From Eledone cirrhosa (lineage: Eukaryota): DNA of 64,000 bases. The notes under the pieces are model-generated. The model was given only the letters and a program-made list of their open reading frames with translations. It searched no databases and was not told the origin of the DNA. This document shows positions 39,723 through 52,251 of this stretch, in pieces; position 1 is the first letter of the stretch; each line of letters begins with the position of its first letter. The translations under genes were made by a program, and so were the position numbers. The DNA lies in NCBI GenBank assembly GCA_964016885.1, contig OZ024742.1, positions 181,412,001 to 181,476,000 of the forward strand, read 5' to 3'.

Positions 39723-40037
39723 TAGTAAAAATAATAAATTTGAAGACTAAAATCCAAAGAGGGCTCGATAAGGATAAATATATATCAAATATATATGAAC
39801 CGTAGAGCAAATATTTATTAAAATAACAGATTAAAGTTTAAGCAAAGAATCGCTGCTTTCAACCTTAACGGGATCTTCTGAAACTAACAAAGTCAATCTG
39901 TGAACGCAGAAGTGAATATTTCAAAAATGGTTTCAACCGGAGGAAGACAGCAAGACGATACTTTGGTTCGTGGAAACGTTCCCTGGCAAATAACGGGAAA
40001 AAAACGAATATAATACGTCATTATTTGGTGCGGTGAA

Positions 40038-40212
40038 TTGGCAGTATCGGTAGAGGGTCGGACGCCATGCTTTCCAGCATAGTTACGTCCTTTTACGATC
40101 TGAGTTCAAATCCCGCCGAGGTTGACTTTGCCTTTCATCCTTACGGGGTCGATAAAATAAAGTACCAGTAATGCACTGGGTAATTGCTGGCCTTGTGCCT
40201 AAAGTAGAAACA
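40038..40212 (+). mobile_element. SINE (second family) with 18-bp TSD
   Basis: ATTATTTGGTGCGGTGAA at 40020-40037 and 40213-40230. The equivalent site in the 41079-41308 arm is empty. Confidence 0.92.
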
Positions 40213-41217
40213 ATTATTTGGTGCGGTGAAAAACAATTACACGCAAAGATAAAACCACGTTTATGCTATAAAAGAAGTCGTAGACTAATATTCTATTAGG
40301 TGGTTCATAGAGACGTTCTCTGGCAATGAACGGAAAAAATGAAGAAAATACGTCATATGTGGAGCGGGGAAAACAATTGCACGCAAAGACAAAACCACGT
40401 AAATGGTATAACTGAAGTCGTAGACAAGAATTCTAACTAGGAAACCGAATGATTCTCGGCTTCAGAGTTAAGAATAAAGTAAATAAAATACAGAGGTAAT
40501 TGAAATTAAATACATACACGCATCCATAAACGTACATACACAAGCATACGCGAAAACACTCGCCATAGGTATACAAATACACGCACGTACACAAAAAAAC
40601 CCAAAGAAAACCCGCACGCACTTACAGAACCCACGCAACGCCTGTACCCGCACGCATACGAATGTATACACCAAGTACACATAAAAATATATATTAAAAA
40701 AATATATAAATATATGTGTGTGCGTGTATACATATAATTAAATAAACGTATATAAATAAATAAATACGTATATAACAAGCGCACACACATACCTACATGT
40801 AAATACACTTATGTTCGGAGACTACGTCAACCAAAACACAAAGTACACATATACACACACCCTACATATGTACGAACCCGCATACTCACACAAACGCAAA
40901 ACTCTCGTAAAACAACCAAAAGTATATGTATCAGAATATATAATATATACGCCATAACATATACAATCAAATATACGTACGAGAAAGTATACGTACCTTC
41001 ACAAAACATGCAGGTAATATATACTTACCTATACAAATAAGTAATGGTATAAACATAACATATGTACACATATACATGTTTTTCGCCGCTCCAAATAATG
41101 ACGTATTATATTCGTTTTTTCCCGTTATTTGCCAGAGAACGTTTCCACGAACCAAAGTATCGTCTTCCTGTCTTCCTCCGGTTGAAACGTTTTTTGAAAT
41201 ATTCACTTCTGCGTTCA

Positions 41218-41291
41218 CAGATTGACTTTGTTAGTTTCAGAAGATCCCGTTAAGGGTGAAAGCAGCGATTCTTTGCTTAAACTTTAATCTG
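41218..41291 (+). ncRNA. Extended type I hammerhead ribozyme, U4A core variant (family A)
   Basis: CAGATTGA-ctttgtt-AGTTT-CAGAAGA-T-CCC-GTTAA-GGG-T-GAAA-GCA-GCGATTCTT-TGC-TT-AAACT-TTAATCTG, with AATAAA at 41299-41304. Confidence 0.75.
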
Positions 41292-41355
41292 TTATTTTAA
41301 TAAATATACATATATATATACATATATACATATATGTATACATATATACATATAC

Positions 41356-41388
<33 letters not shown>

Positions 41389-41560
41389 CATATATGTATA
41401 CATGTCTACATATACATATATATATATACATATACACATATATATACATATATATAGATGTCTACATATATATATACATACATGTCTACATATATATATA
41501 TATACATACATATATATATACATGTACATACATATATATATACATATACATACATATATA

Positions 41561-44500
41561 TTGTGTGCAAGAGACTAGATGGAGAGGAGAGTCTGCTAGA
41601 GTCCTTGTAGGAAAAAGTCAGTGCTACAAATTTTTCTGGGTGGGAAATGACGATGGGATGGGTGGTGTAGGTATACTATTAGCTGACAAGTGGGTAGATA
41701 AAGTAATCTCAGTGTACAGGGTAAATGCAAGAATCATTAAACTCAGACTAGTCCTGAATAAGACAATTACCACAATAATATCAGCTTACGCACCCCAATC
41801 GGGGCTGCCAGACGAACTTAAGGATAGGTTTTACGAGTCCCTAATACACACTACTGCTCTAACAGATGACAAGGACTTCCTAATCATCGCAGGAGAACTG
41901 CGACGGCTTCAATAGAGTACATGGAGGCCATGGAGTTGGCACAAGGAATGAGGAAGGATTCAGACTTCTAGAATTCTGCGACGCCAATGACATGTCGATA
42001 TGTAACACAAACTTTAAAAAACCCGACAACCACCTGATCATCTATAGATCAGGGGAGCACTCTAGTCAGTTAGATTTTATCCTCATCAGAGGATGTGACA
42101 GATGGACGGTCGTAAACACAAAAGCCTTCCCTAGTGAGGAATGTACATCCCAACATAGCTTAGTTGTCAGCGACCTCACGGTCAGAACCAGACGAGCCCT
42201 GAAACAGAGGCCAACCTGGAGAAGAAAGATCTGGAAGCTGAAAGTCCCCTCAACCAGTAACAGATTTAAAGATATTTTACTCAACGCCTACGACAGTAAA
42301 GAAGAACAGATACAGACATTTAATGTAGAAGAGAACTGGGAGTTCCTAAAAAATAATTTACTAGAGGCGACGGACGAGGTCTGTGGCTGGAGTAAGACCT
42401 CAAGCAGGAGGAGAGTGACTTGGTGGTGGAACAATAAGGTAGATGAAGCAGTCAAGGCCAAGATACAGGCATGGAAAGAATGGAAGAACGGGGGGAGCAG
42501 GGTACATTACATAGAGACCAAGAGGGAAGCTAGGCGACAAGTATACTTAGCTAGGAGGGAAGCAGAGGATAGAAAATTCAAGCATGTTTTACAACGTGAG
42601 GACCAGAAACAGGAGGTATTCAAGATTGCGAGGCAGTGTGTCAGAGATAGTTGTGATGTCATTGGAGAGAAGTGTATCTGGAATGATAAAGGTGAGCTTG
42701 CCCTCACAAGTGCTGAGAAGAAAGATGCATGGAAGAGTCATTATGATAGATTACTAAATGAGGAGAATGCATGGGAAGAAGAGACCCTACCCCAAGTAGA
42801 CCCTATAGAGGGACCAGAAGTACAAGTCAGCGGCAGCGTAGTAAGTAAGGCAATCAGAGATATGAAGATGGGGAAGGCAACCGGTCCATCGGGTATAGCT
42901 GCCGAGATGCTGAAGGCATCTGGGTCTGTAGGTCACACTATAACCACACGTATCGTTAACCAGGTAATACTAGAAGGGGCCATACCAAAAGATTAGTGCA
43001 GTAGCATCATTGTCAACTGCTACAAAGGCAAAGGCGATGCACTAGATAGAGGAAACTATAGAGGTATAAAGTTGATGGACCAGGTCATGAAAGTAACAGA
43101 AAGAGTTATAGCACAGCTGATTAGGGACCGGGTGAATATAGACAAGATGCAATTTGGGTTTGTACCAGGAAGAGGCACCACTGATGCCCTCTTCCTTGTG
43201 AGGCAATTACAGGAAAAGTACCTAGCTAAAAGTAAGCCACTCTACTTGGCATTTGTCGACCTTGAGAAAGCCTTTGACAGAGTTCCACGTGCTGTAATCT
43301 GGTGGGCTCTTAGAAAACTAGGAGTAGATGAATGGCTTGTGAAAGCGGTACAAGCCATGTATAGGGGAGCAGTCAGCAAAGTTAGGATTAGCAATGAGTA
43401 TAGCGAGGAATTTAGCGTACAGGTTGGGGTCCACCAGGGCTCTGTTCTTAGCCCTCTCCTGTTCATCATAGTCCTGCAGGCAATAACGGAGGAATTTAAG
43501 ACCGGATGCCCATGGGAACTCCTGTATGCTGATGACCTCGCACTCATAGCTGAATCTATGATAGAACTAGAGAATAAATTCCAAACCTGGAAGCAGGGAC
43601 TAGAGAGAAAGGGTCTCAAAGTCAACATGACAAAGACTAAGGTCCTTGTAAGTAGACGAGAAAACAGAACCCAGATCCCCTCAGGGAAATGGCCTTGCTC
43701 AGTATGTAGGAAAGGTGTAGGTAGGAACTCCATTCTCTGCCCCAAATGCAAACAATGGGTACACAAGAGATGTAGCGGGATCTCAGCAAGCTTAATTAAG
43801 AATGTAGGATTCACATGCAGCAGCTGTGCTGAAACAGCAAGCAGCAAACAGCCACAGGAAACAAGTACCACCAATCTCTGGGAGGGCCCTGTAGAAACAG
43901 TAGACAGCTTCTGCTACATAGGTGACCGAATTAGCAACGGAGGTGGGTGTTCAGAAAGTACAATAACTAGGGTAAGAACGGGATGGAAGAAGTTTAGGGA
44001 ACTACTACCACTGCTAGCTGCAAAAGGCTTCTCCCTCAGAATGAAAAGCAGACTGTATGATGCGTGTATCCGAACAGCGATGTTGCATGGTAGTGAGACC
44101 TGGGCGCTGAAGGTGGAAGACTTACGTAGATTAGAGAGAAACGAAGCCTGCATGCTCCGATGGATGTGTAACAGTAATATACGTGAACGACAAAGCATAA
44201 ATGAATTGAGAGAGAGACTGAGCATAAGAGGAATCAAATGCTGTGTGCAGGAGAGGCGGTTGCGCTGGTATGGACATGTGATGCGTATGAAGGATGACAG
44301 CTGCATAAAAAGGTGCAGAGCACTAGAAGTTGATGGAAACTGCGGAGTGGGGAGACCCAAGATGACCTGGGATGAGGTGATAAAAGCCGACCTTACCCAA
44401 TTACACCTCTCAAAGACAATGACACACGACCGTGACTTCTGGCGTCACACAGTAATACAGAGTACCCGACCTCTCATGGGTACATGCTGAAGCATATAAA

Positions 44501-44780
44501 CAATATGCCCCCCCCCCACCGCAAGGTGGTCGTGGAGGTGCCACGGCAAAAAAGCACCCAGCCCACACTGTAAAGTGGACATGTAGGCGCCACGAAAAAG
44601 CACCCAGCACTCACTGTAAATGAGGTTGGTGTTAGGAAGGGCATCCAGCTGTAGAAATCAAGCCAGATCAGTTCCTGTATGAGCAAGGCATGGTCAGCCG
44701 ACCAGACACTGCGCACAACAGGACAACCCGTCTAACCCATGCTAGCGTGGAAGAACGGACGTAAAATGGTGATGATGATG
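41561..44780 (+). mobile_element. Near full-length RTE LINE (APE, RT with PHD insert), 5'-truncated, inactive
   Basis: CVQETRW, SAYAPQ, ICNTNFKK, LDFILIR, YRGIKL, AFVDLEKAFDRV, GVHQGSVLSPLLF, LLYADDL, FCYIGD and RLRWYGHV. A small deletion/frameshift near 41895 removes the GDFN motif and there is a TAG at 42994-42996. 3' module and (ATG)n tail follow. Confidence 0.96.
43072..44490 (+). CDS. RTE reverse transcriptase ORF segment with C4HC3 PHD finger (43696-43827)
   Basis: 472-aa ORF containing YADD and CSVC-x10-CPKC-x4-H-x2-C-x14-CSSC. Confidence 0.85.
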   Translation: MMDQVMKVTERVIAQLIRDRVNIDKMQFGFVPGRGTTDALFLVRQLQEKYLAKSKPLYLAFVDLEKAFDRVPRAVIWWALRKLGVDEWLVKAVQAMYRGAVSKVRISNEYSEEFSVQVGVHQGSVLSPLLFIIVLQAITEEFKTGCPWELLYADDLALIAESMIELENKFQTWKQGLERKGLKVNMTKTKVLVSRRENRTQIPSGKWPCSVCRKGVGRNSILCPKCKQWVHKRCSGISASLIKNVGFTCSSCAETASSKQPQETSTTNLWEGPVETVDSFCYIGDRISNGGGCSESTITRVRTGWKKFRELLPLLAAKGFSLRMKSRLYDACIRTAMLHGSETWALKVEDLRRLERNEACMLRWMCNSNIRERQSINELRERLSIRGIKCCVQERRLRWYGHVMRMKDDSCIKRCRALEVDGNCGVGRPKMTWDEVIKADLTQLHLSKTMTHDRDFWRHTVIQSTRPLMGTC

Positions 44781-45095
44781 ATATATACATATACATACAT
44801 ATATATATATACATATACATACATATATATATACATATACATACATATATATATATACATATATATACATATATGTATACATAGACATATACATATATGT
44901 ATACATATACATATATGTATACATATGTATACATATACATATATGTATACATATTATACATATATGTATACATATACATATATGTACACATATATATACA
45001 TATATGTATACATATACATATATGTATACATATAAGTATACATATATGTACACATATGTATACATACATGTATACATATACATATATGTACACAT

Positions 45096-45700
45096 GGTGG
45101 CTGCCAACTCGTTTTCGAGTACGGCCACTACTTTATATCCATGTAGGAGAACCCCTACCGATGCGCTGAATGAGTGTGACTTTAGTCCAGCCAGCGACTT
45201 GAAAACTCTGGTACAAACACTACACCTGTGACAATTATTGCCACATAGTGCTGGGCCCATGGTACCATGTGACGACAAGTGCAGAGAGATCTCCAGATCT
45301 AAAGCAATGCCTGTGCCGTGAAGCTTTTATAGTGAGCAAAGGCACTGCACAAAGCCAGTCCCACTCTCTTAACCAAGATGATATTTACCAAAAAGAAGAA
45401 CAAGTCAACATCATTGGATACCATCAGGGTTGCAGGTGTTATATTAAAGGTTTCTTTCTCCTAGAATTCTGCCTTGACAAAGGCTAAGTGGTCATCTATC
45501 CCGGTGATTTTGGATGGCCATTGACTCTTAAGAGCTCCTTTGCCCTTTGACAAGTTTTGTTTTTAGTCCTGCAGGATGTCCAAAGTCACCCTCCTCACCA
45601 AGAAACCTTGGTGGGGTTGCCAGTTTAGTCGCCAACGACCCGACCATGAGACAGGTTGTACTGGGATACATGTTACCAGTAGCACCAACTGGTGACCTGA
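45096..45700 (-). mobile_element. Probable internally deleted RTE derivative (5' UTR joined to a C-terminal C2H2 remnant)
   Basis: Minus strand has GGCGACTAAACTGGCAACCCC and GGCAGAATTCTAGGAGAAAGAAACC (RTE 5' UTR-like, from memory), then [17 protein letters not shown]. Confidence 0.5.
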
Positions 45701-45875
45701 CATACATACATATATATATACATACATACATATATATATAATATATATACATGTATATATATATATATGTATGTGTGTGTATAGATATATATATGTATGT
45801 ATGTGTATGTGTATATATATATATATACACATAATCATTTTTATGTCTGTTTTTCCATGCTTGCATGTGTTAGAT

Positions 45876-45877
<2 letters not shown>

Positions 45878-45963
<86 letters not shown>
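45878..45963. repeat. (GA)n microsatellite
   Basis: Direct inspection. Confidence 0.97.
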
Positions 45964-45967
<4 letters not shown>

Positions 45968-48900
45968 GAAGTTGGAAATAGCAAAGGTGATATGTTTAAG
46001 GGTCTGTTTTCCTTTTTTGATTCGTGAAAGTGACATTATTGAAAAGATAACATTATATATATATATATATATATCAGGAAGAAGGAGACAGCAGCCATTG
46101 TATAACATTGTATATAATCCATTCAATTTACAATTCCTACAGTTTCTTCATCTCTTTTCTCCTATTTAATCATATAATAACATAAGTTATGTCTCAGTCA
46201 ACAGTATGAATAAAAGGTATACTGTTTTCATAGTTTTCAATTTCATTCTGCATTCATAACCAATTCATTTACCTCTAACCTATTCACACCACTAACCAGT
46301 AAATAAACTGCTGTTCTTTAGCTCCAGGTTTATTTTAATTCTGAAAATCAATGGTCAAAGGTATTCCACTCATGACCATGTTGTTGTTGTTGTTGTTGTC
46401 TTTCAATTTTGCATCCAGCACAACAATTGAACTCTCACCTATTCAGATCACCAACCAGTAAATATGGAATGAAATTTCCAGCTCGCACTATATCAGTTTA
46501 TTTGGCTCCCTGGCTCAAATGAGGGCCCAGGTCCTATTATGAAAAGCAATGTGAAATGAAGTGTCTTACTCAAGAATACAATGTGCTGCTCTGTTTAGGA
46601 ATTAAACCCTTAACCTTACGATTGTGAGTCCACTACCCTAATCACTAGGCCATGCACTTTCACCATTAAATAGGCTATTGTTTAGTCCCATGTCAACTTT
46701 AATTCTTCAGACCTATAACAAAAGGCATTCCAGGCAAAATCATGACATTTTTCCCCCATGGATATGTAACCCAGGAGCAGATTATTCAATTTGTCCTTTT
46801 CTGAGTTGGAAGAGTGTGATTTGTGAGATTTGGGTGCTGTGTCTACCATGTCCTGCAAGATCCCCACATTAGCACATATGTAGCTTTTCACATGACTATG
46901 TATAAGCCCATTAGTTCACATACATATGTTTCAATGATTTCTTATATCCATTTGTATCAGAGGATACACAATGCCACATATTTGGTGGTATAGTACTTGA
47001 CTAGCCTACCTGCCTACCTGCCTACCTATCTATCTATCTATCTATCTATCCATCATCATCATCATCATCATAGTTAACGTCCTTCTTCCACCTAACTACC
47101 TACATATCCATCTATCTACCTACCTATCTACCTACCTACCTATCAGATTCAGTGAACTCTGACAACTAACATGTTTGTTTTTGATTTCTCTGCCTTAGTA
47201 ATGATGGTTAGTGTTAGAGATATGCAAGTCTTCCAAAAAACTGCTGTGTTTCATTTATTGAAACTGTTTGACCCACGCTATTGTACATCTAATATAATCA
47301 ACCACTACTGATCAGCACAAATATAATCATTATATCAGTTTGTTGATATTTGCCTACTCCATGACACTCATTTTTGGTTAAGCCTTGTTTGGTTGAACCT
47401 ACCGGGAGATTAGCTCCCAACAGAAAACACAATAATTATTTAACCCTAGGAAAGTGAAAAGTAAAGTTAGTCTTCATGGTATTTGAACCTAAAATGCAAA
47501 GGGCCATAACTAAATATTGTAATGCATTATATCCCTTGTCTTAATGATTCTCCCAATCCAACAATATCATATACTGAATATCACAAGGGAATACATGCCA
47601 CAGAGCAGAGGTGTAAAGTCAATCAGATTGATTCTTGTTTACTATTGGTACTTAATTCGTAAATTCGGCAGGTTGAAAAACTCAGCTTATGAGAGCATAA
47701 CTTGAACTCAGAACATGGGTGTTAGAAACTAAATAATTCAGTTTGTCTCTCAGATGCTCTCTCTCCCCTCTCTCCCCTCCCCACCCTCTACCCCCTCTCA
47801 ATCCCATGTGTATTACTGTATTGCTTTATTTTCCTATTCCTTTACTTGTTCTAATAATTAGATTACAGACATACCTTGAAGGGATTTAGTTGATCATATT
47901 GATTTCAGTACATTTTTCTTTGCAAGTCTAAAACATCATCATCACCGTTTAGCATTCATTTTCCATGCTTGCATGGGTTAGACACGTTGTCCACGTCAGG
48001 AGAAAAGTCTGGCCAAAATTGGCCATGCCATACCTTGCTCTGACTGGACTGTAAATTTGGCCCAGGATTTTACAGATGGATGCTTTTCCTAACACCAACC
48101 ACATTTACAGTGTGGAACTATATAGTTATTGATCTTAGAGTTATGAGACATACATAGTAAACAAACACACACACACACACACACACAAACATTGGGTCGA
48201 GATGACTCTTCAGCGATGTCAAGAGAATCACAACCTTTCTAGTGCTGGGGCCACAATAAAATACACCCAGTGCAAGCTGTAAGGCGCGAGGACAAGAGAT
48301 GCAGCCTGCAGCCCATATGAAGGATCAGTAACTCCAATTAAGAACTCACTCTTTGTGATAATCTGTCTAATCAATGCCAGGGTGGAAGAACAGATGGGCT
48401 TCCACATAGTTACCATCTTCTAAATTTCACTCAAAAAGTATTGTTGAATCTGGTCCATGTGGTTGTTAAGTGAACTCCTTAATCACACAACCATATCCAT
48501 GCCTGCATATATAAATATAGTGTTTGAGCATTTAGAAAAAGAAGCAACCTTTTGTTGCTTATTATTATTTAAATATGAAGATTTTATAGCATTGTTTCAG
48601 AATAATAGAATGTTTAGATAAAGTTGAATATTATATCTGAAATAAATGTTTATGGTATGTCAACAGAATGAAGTAGTGAGTAGATAAAAATCAACCAACA
48701 GCAACAACAACATTTGCAACAATGACAAAACAATTAAAGCTACTTGGATAATATAAATGTAGTGAATGAAGACAATAAATATTAAGAATTATGTATCAAT
48801 TTATAAATTTATTCTCAAATCAAAATAACATAGCAGTCAGTAAAAAGAAAACTGTACAACATTGACAGTTTAACTGTTTTTCTTTTATCATGCATATTTC

Positions 48901-50320
48901 CTTGAATATTTAATTATTCTGTTTTGTTTTCAGTAAAAAAAGAAGAAACATATTATATTTATTTATTTATTAATTATTTATTCAATCAATTTAAATGTCC
49001 GTTTAGAGCTAGTAATCTATAACAGGCTGGAGTAATGTCTAGTACATCTTACAGTGGAGAAACAAAAAACAAGATAGAAAGAGTTAAGTGAATATAAAAA
49101 TAAAAATAAAAATGAAAACAAAATTTAAATAGGGAAGGCTAATGGGAGGCATAATAAGCATTAGAAAATAAAGAAAAACTGGAAGACATGGGAAGCTGTA
49201 AAGAATCTAAAAGTTTCTGTTATTGAAACTTTTCAAAACCTCATTGCACTCAAAGATTTTGTTTATAGTTGGAAGATATTTTACAATATATTGAATCTCA
49301 AATCTTGATAGTTTTTAATGATTGGCTTCAAGGTGTCTTGGTAGTTTCTACATTGGAACAAATAGTGCCAAAGAGTTTCTGGGAATTCACCACAAGAACA
49401 TAGGGGTGGTTCTCTATGACCTGTTTGTGCTAAAATGTAATTCAATGGTATATGTCCAGTTCAAAGCCAGCATAGTCTTTGGTTATATTTACATTGCCCA
49501 GTGTCTGATGTGCTTTAAATGTTGACAGATCTGGTTGAGAAAGTGGAGGAATAAAATTTGAGAGCTTATCTCTAGATATTTCCCAAATTTTGTTCACCCT
49601 TGATTAATTAAATTTTTACTAAATGATTTCATTTGCCTTAGATTTGTAATGTAGTCTATAACTATTATTTCCCTTTTTACTTCCTTCGTTAATTCATCTA
49701 CTTTCCTATTTCCTCTTATAAATTCCACAGGTCAACACACTTTTTGTTGACTTAGGTTTTGTTGTTGTTTTCAGCTAATTTTGAGGTGCTGAGTTCAAAT
49801 ATGGCATCCACTTTCCCCTCACACATTAGGTTTTCATGTTTGTCTTTCACTCAGCTATCCCATAAACACAGATATTTTGTATACCCTCCTTGTTAGCAAA
49901 GTGAAAACTTGACATCATAGAAAAAAGGTATTGCCATTTTAAAGCTCAGCGGTCCCAAATTACTCAAATTTTGGCCAGTAGAAAAATAAAAGCAAAATTT
50001 TGTTGACCAGTGTGCTATCTCTTGTAGCTATGTGTGGGGCCAATATGGACCACCAGCTCATAGATAAAAAATTGACGTGATAGAAAAAAAGTATTGTTAT
50101 TTTTAAACTCATGGGCCCCAAATTACTCAAGAACAGGTCTCAAACTTTGGTCAGTAGAAGAAAAATGAAGTTTTTTGATCAGTGCAATATAAAGAGAATG
50201 AAAAAAGAAGACAGATGCTAAGTTCAATAGAATATATAAAAATATACACAATTTAATAAATGAGTAACTATATGAATTAATGACTATGAAATGTTTAGAA
50301 AAATACTTAGCATTGCCACT

Positions 50321-51259
50321 TACCATATATACTCGAATATAAGCTAAGGAATATATGACCAAAAAATAGATGGTAAAATGGGGAGTTGGCTTATATCTGT
50401 GGTCAATATTTTGATGATTTTCACCAACTTCAAATTCTATGTAAATAAGGAGCTAAAATATCTAAAGTGATTGTTTTTACAATGAATCTGTTTTTCTAAA
50501 TTTAACACATTGTCATTAGTGTTATTTGTGCATTCCCTTAAAAACATTTCCAAAAATGTTTATAATTGAAATTGTTAAAACAAATATCTAATACACATAC
50601 ATTCACACATACTTGCACACATGCATACACATATGCACCCACATACACATACATACATACCAACTGTTTTTCTCTGACTTAATAATTGCTTTATTTTTTT
50701 TTAAATAATATTAATCCCTTTATTTCTCTGACTTAATACTTTTTCTTTCAATCCTACTCCCGACTTGTGTTTTATTGCTCTTACTTTCTATCTCTTCTCT
50801 CTCTCTCTCTTGCCCTCTCTTTTTCTCATATTATATCCCATGTCTCTCACCTGCTGTCTCATCCTGCATTTTCTACTCTATGAATCCCTATAGAATGTTT
50901 CTTATTCGATCTCTTGCTTTCAACTATTCATAGCATATGAAGGGCCAGAACTAAACAAAAATTTGAGAAACTTGTTAAAACTATAAGATGAATGAAATGG
51001 AAAAAGACATTACATAAAGGAGTTGTGAAACAAAAACTATATTCTAAACAACACTTAAAACCTTTTAAAAATCAAAATCTTAAAAAGTTTATTAATATAG
51101 TCTATCCTCATGAGAATTTCAAAACCATGCCATCTAAACATAATGTGTTGATTAGCTGCCACGTCTTATAAACTCAATTTGGATTTTTGCCCCCTTCTCA
51201 GACATAAAATAAGGGTTGGCTTTGTATTTGGATCAGCTTATATTTGAGTATATACAGTA
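50321..51259. mobile_element. Non-autonomous pogo/Tigger-like DNA transposon
   Basis: TIRs TACCATATATACTCGAATATAAGCT / AGCTTATATTTGAGTATATACAGTA with TA ends. Confidence 0.65.
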
Positions 51260-52157
51260 TATCTGAGTTGCCCTTCCAATATCACAATTGAAGGAGTTAG
51301 GAGATGAGAAATGTGGATAGATTATAAGCTGAAGAGCTAAGGGTTTTGTGTACCACAATCAGCATTTCAATGTGTTGATTGGTTAAAATAGATAGTTATC
51401 ATTGACACACATCATCCACTTTTTTGAAGAGAGCAAAGGATGTATTGAAAAAGATGTAGTTGCTATATTGAGAAAGATGAATACTTTCATTACAATAATT
51501 CTAATGAAAGACAAATAATTTTGACAAATACAAGAAAAAAAAAAATAAAAATCAAGAATCTAGAGGGATTTAGTAACATAATTAACTTTCATATTGTTGA
51601 GGTGATGTTTGGTAAACAAAGTGCTACAGATTGATAACAGTGTATTTTTTTCTCAAGCTATGACCTAAATATTTTTTTCAAACTGCGACCTAAATTGCTA
51701 CATGTTATAATACAGAAAGTCTCACAAAGACAACTTTATTTATTTTTAAAATATAGAGTCTCACATGAAATCACATCTAGTTTTATGATACAAAACTGCT
51801 TGTTTAAACTGTATATATAACACATGCTAGCATGGGTTATATATAGAGTTTAAAATAAATGATGATGATGATGATCATCATCATCCTCATCATCGTTTAA
51901 CGTCCACTTTCCACGCTAAAATGGGTTAGACGGGTTGTCCCATTTGAGGCAAGTTGGGCCAGGTTACTGTGTCTGGGTCATATAGAACTGTCTCTGGCTA
52001 GATTTCTATAGCTAGATGCTCTTCCTAACGTAAAACACATTTACAAGGTGTGTTGGTTGCTTATTGATGTTACTTTCTACACGACCACTTTACAGTGTGG
52101 GCTGGATGCTTTTTTGTCTTGATATCTACATGACCACTTTACAGTGTGGGCTAATAC

Positions 52158-52243
<86 letters not shown>

Positions 52244-52251
<8 letters not shown>

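Larger units (their letters stand above)
39725..41308 (-). mobile_element. HHR family A: non-coding PLE pLTR-like insertion with an inverted 5' arm
   Basis: Long minus arm 39725-40480 (tail, AATAAA, HHR at 39827-39900, ~140-bp internal duplication) and inverted arm 41079-41308 that stops just after AATAAA and lacks the ~85-nt tail. Confidence 0.8.

Noticed and set aside
39812-41308. DNA transposon/MITE with ~225-bp TIRs
   Set aside because: The arms are asymmetric, inverted-arm length differs at each of three loci, there is no TSD, and the arms carry an HHR and AATAAA, which fits a PLE-type inverted end better.
49790-50180. ~170-bp degenerate duplication, possibly a DNA transposon end
   Set aside because: Too decayed to define TIRs or a family.
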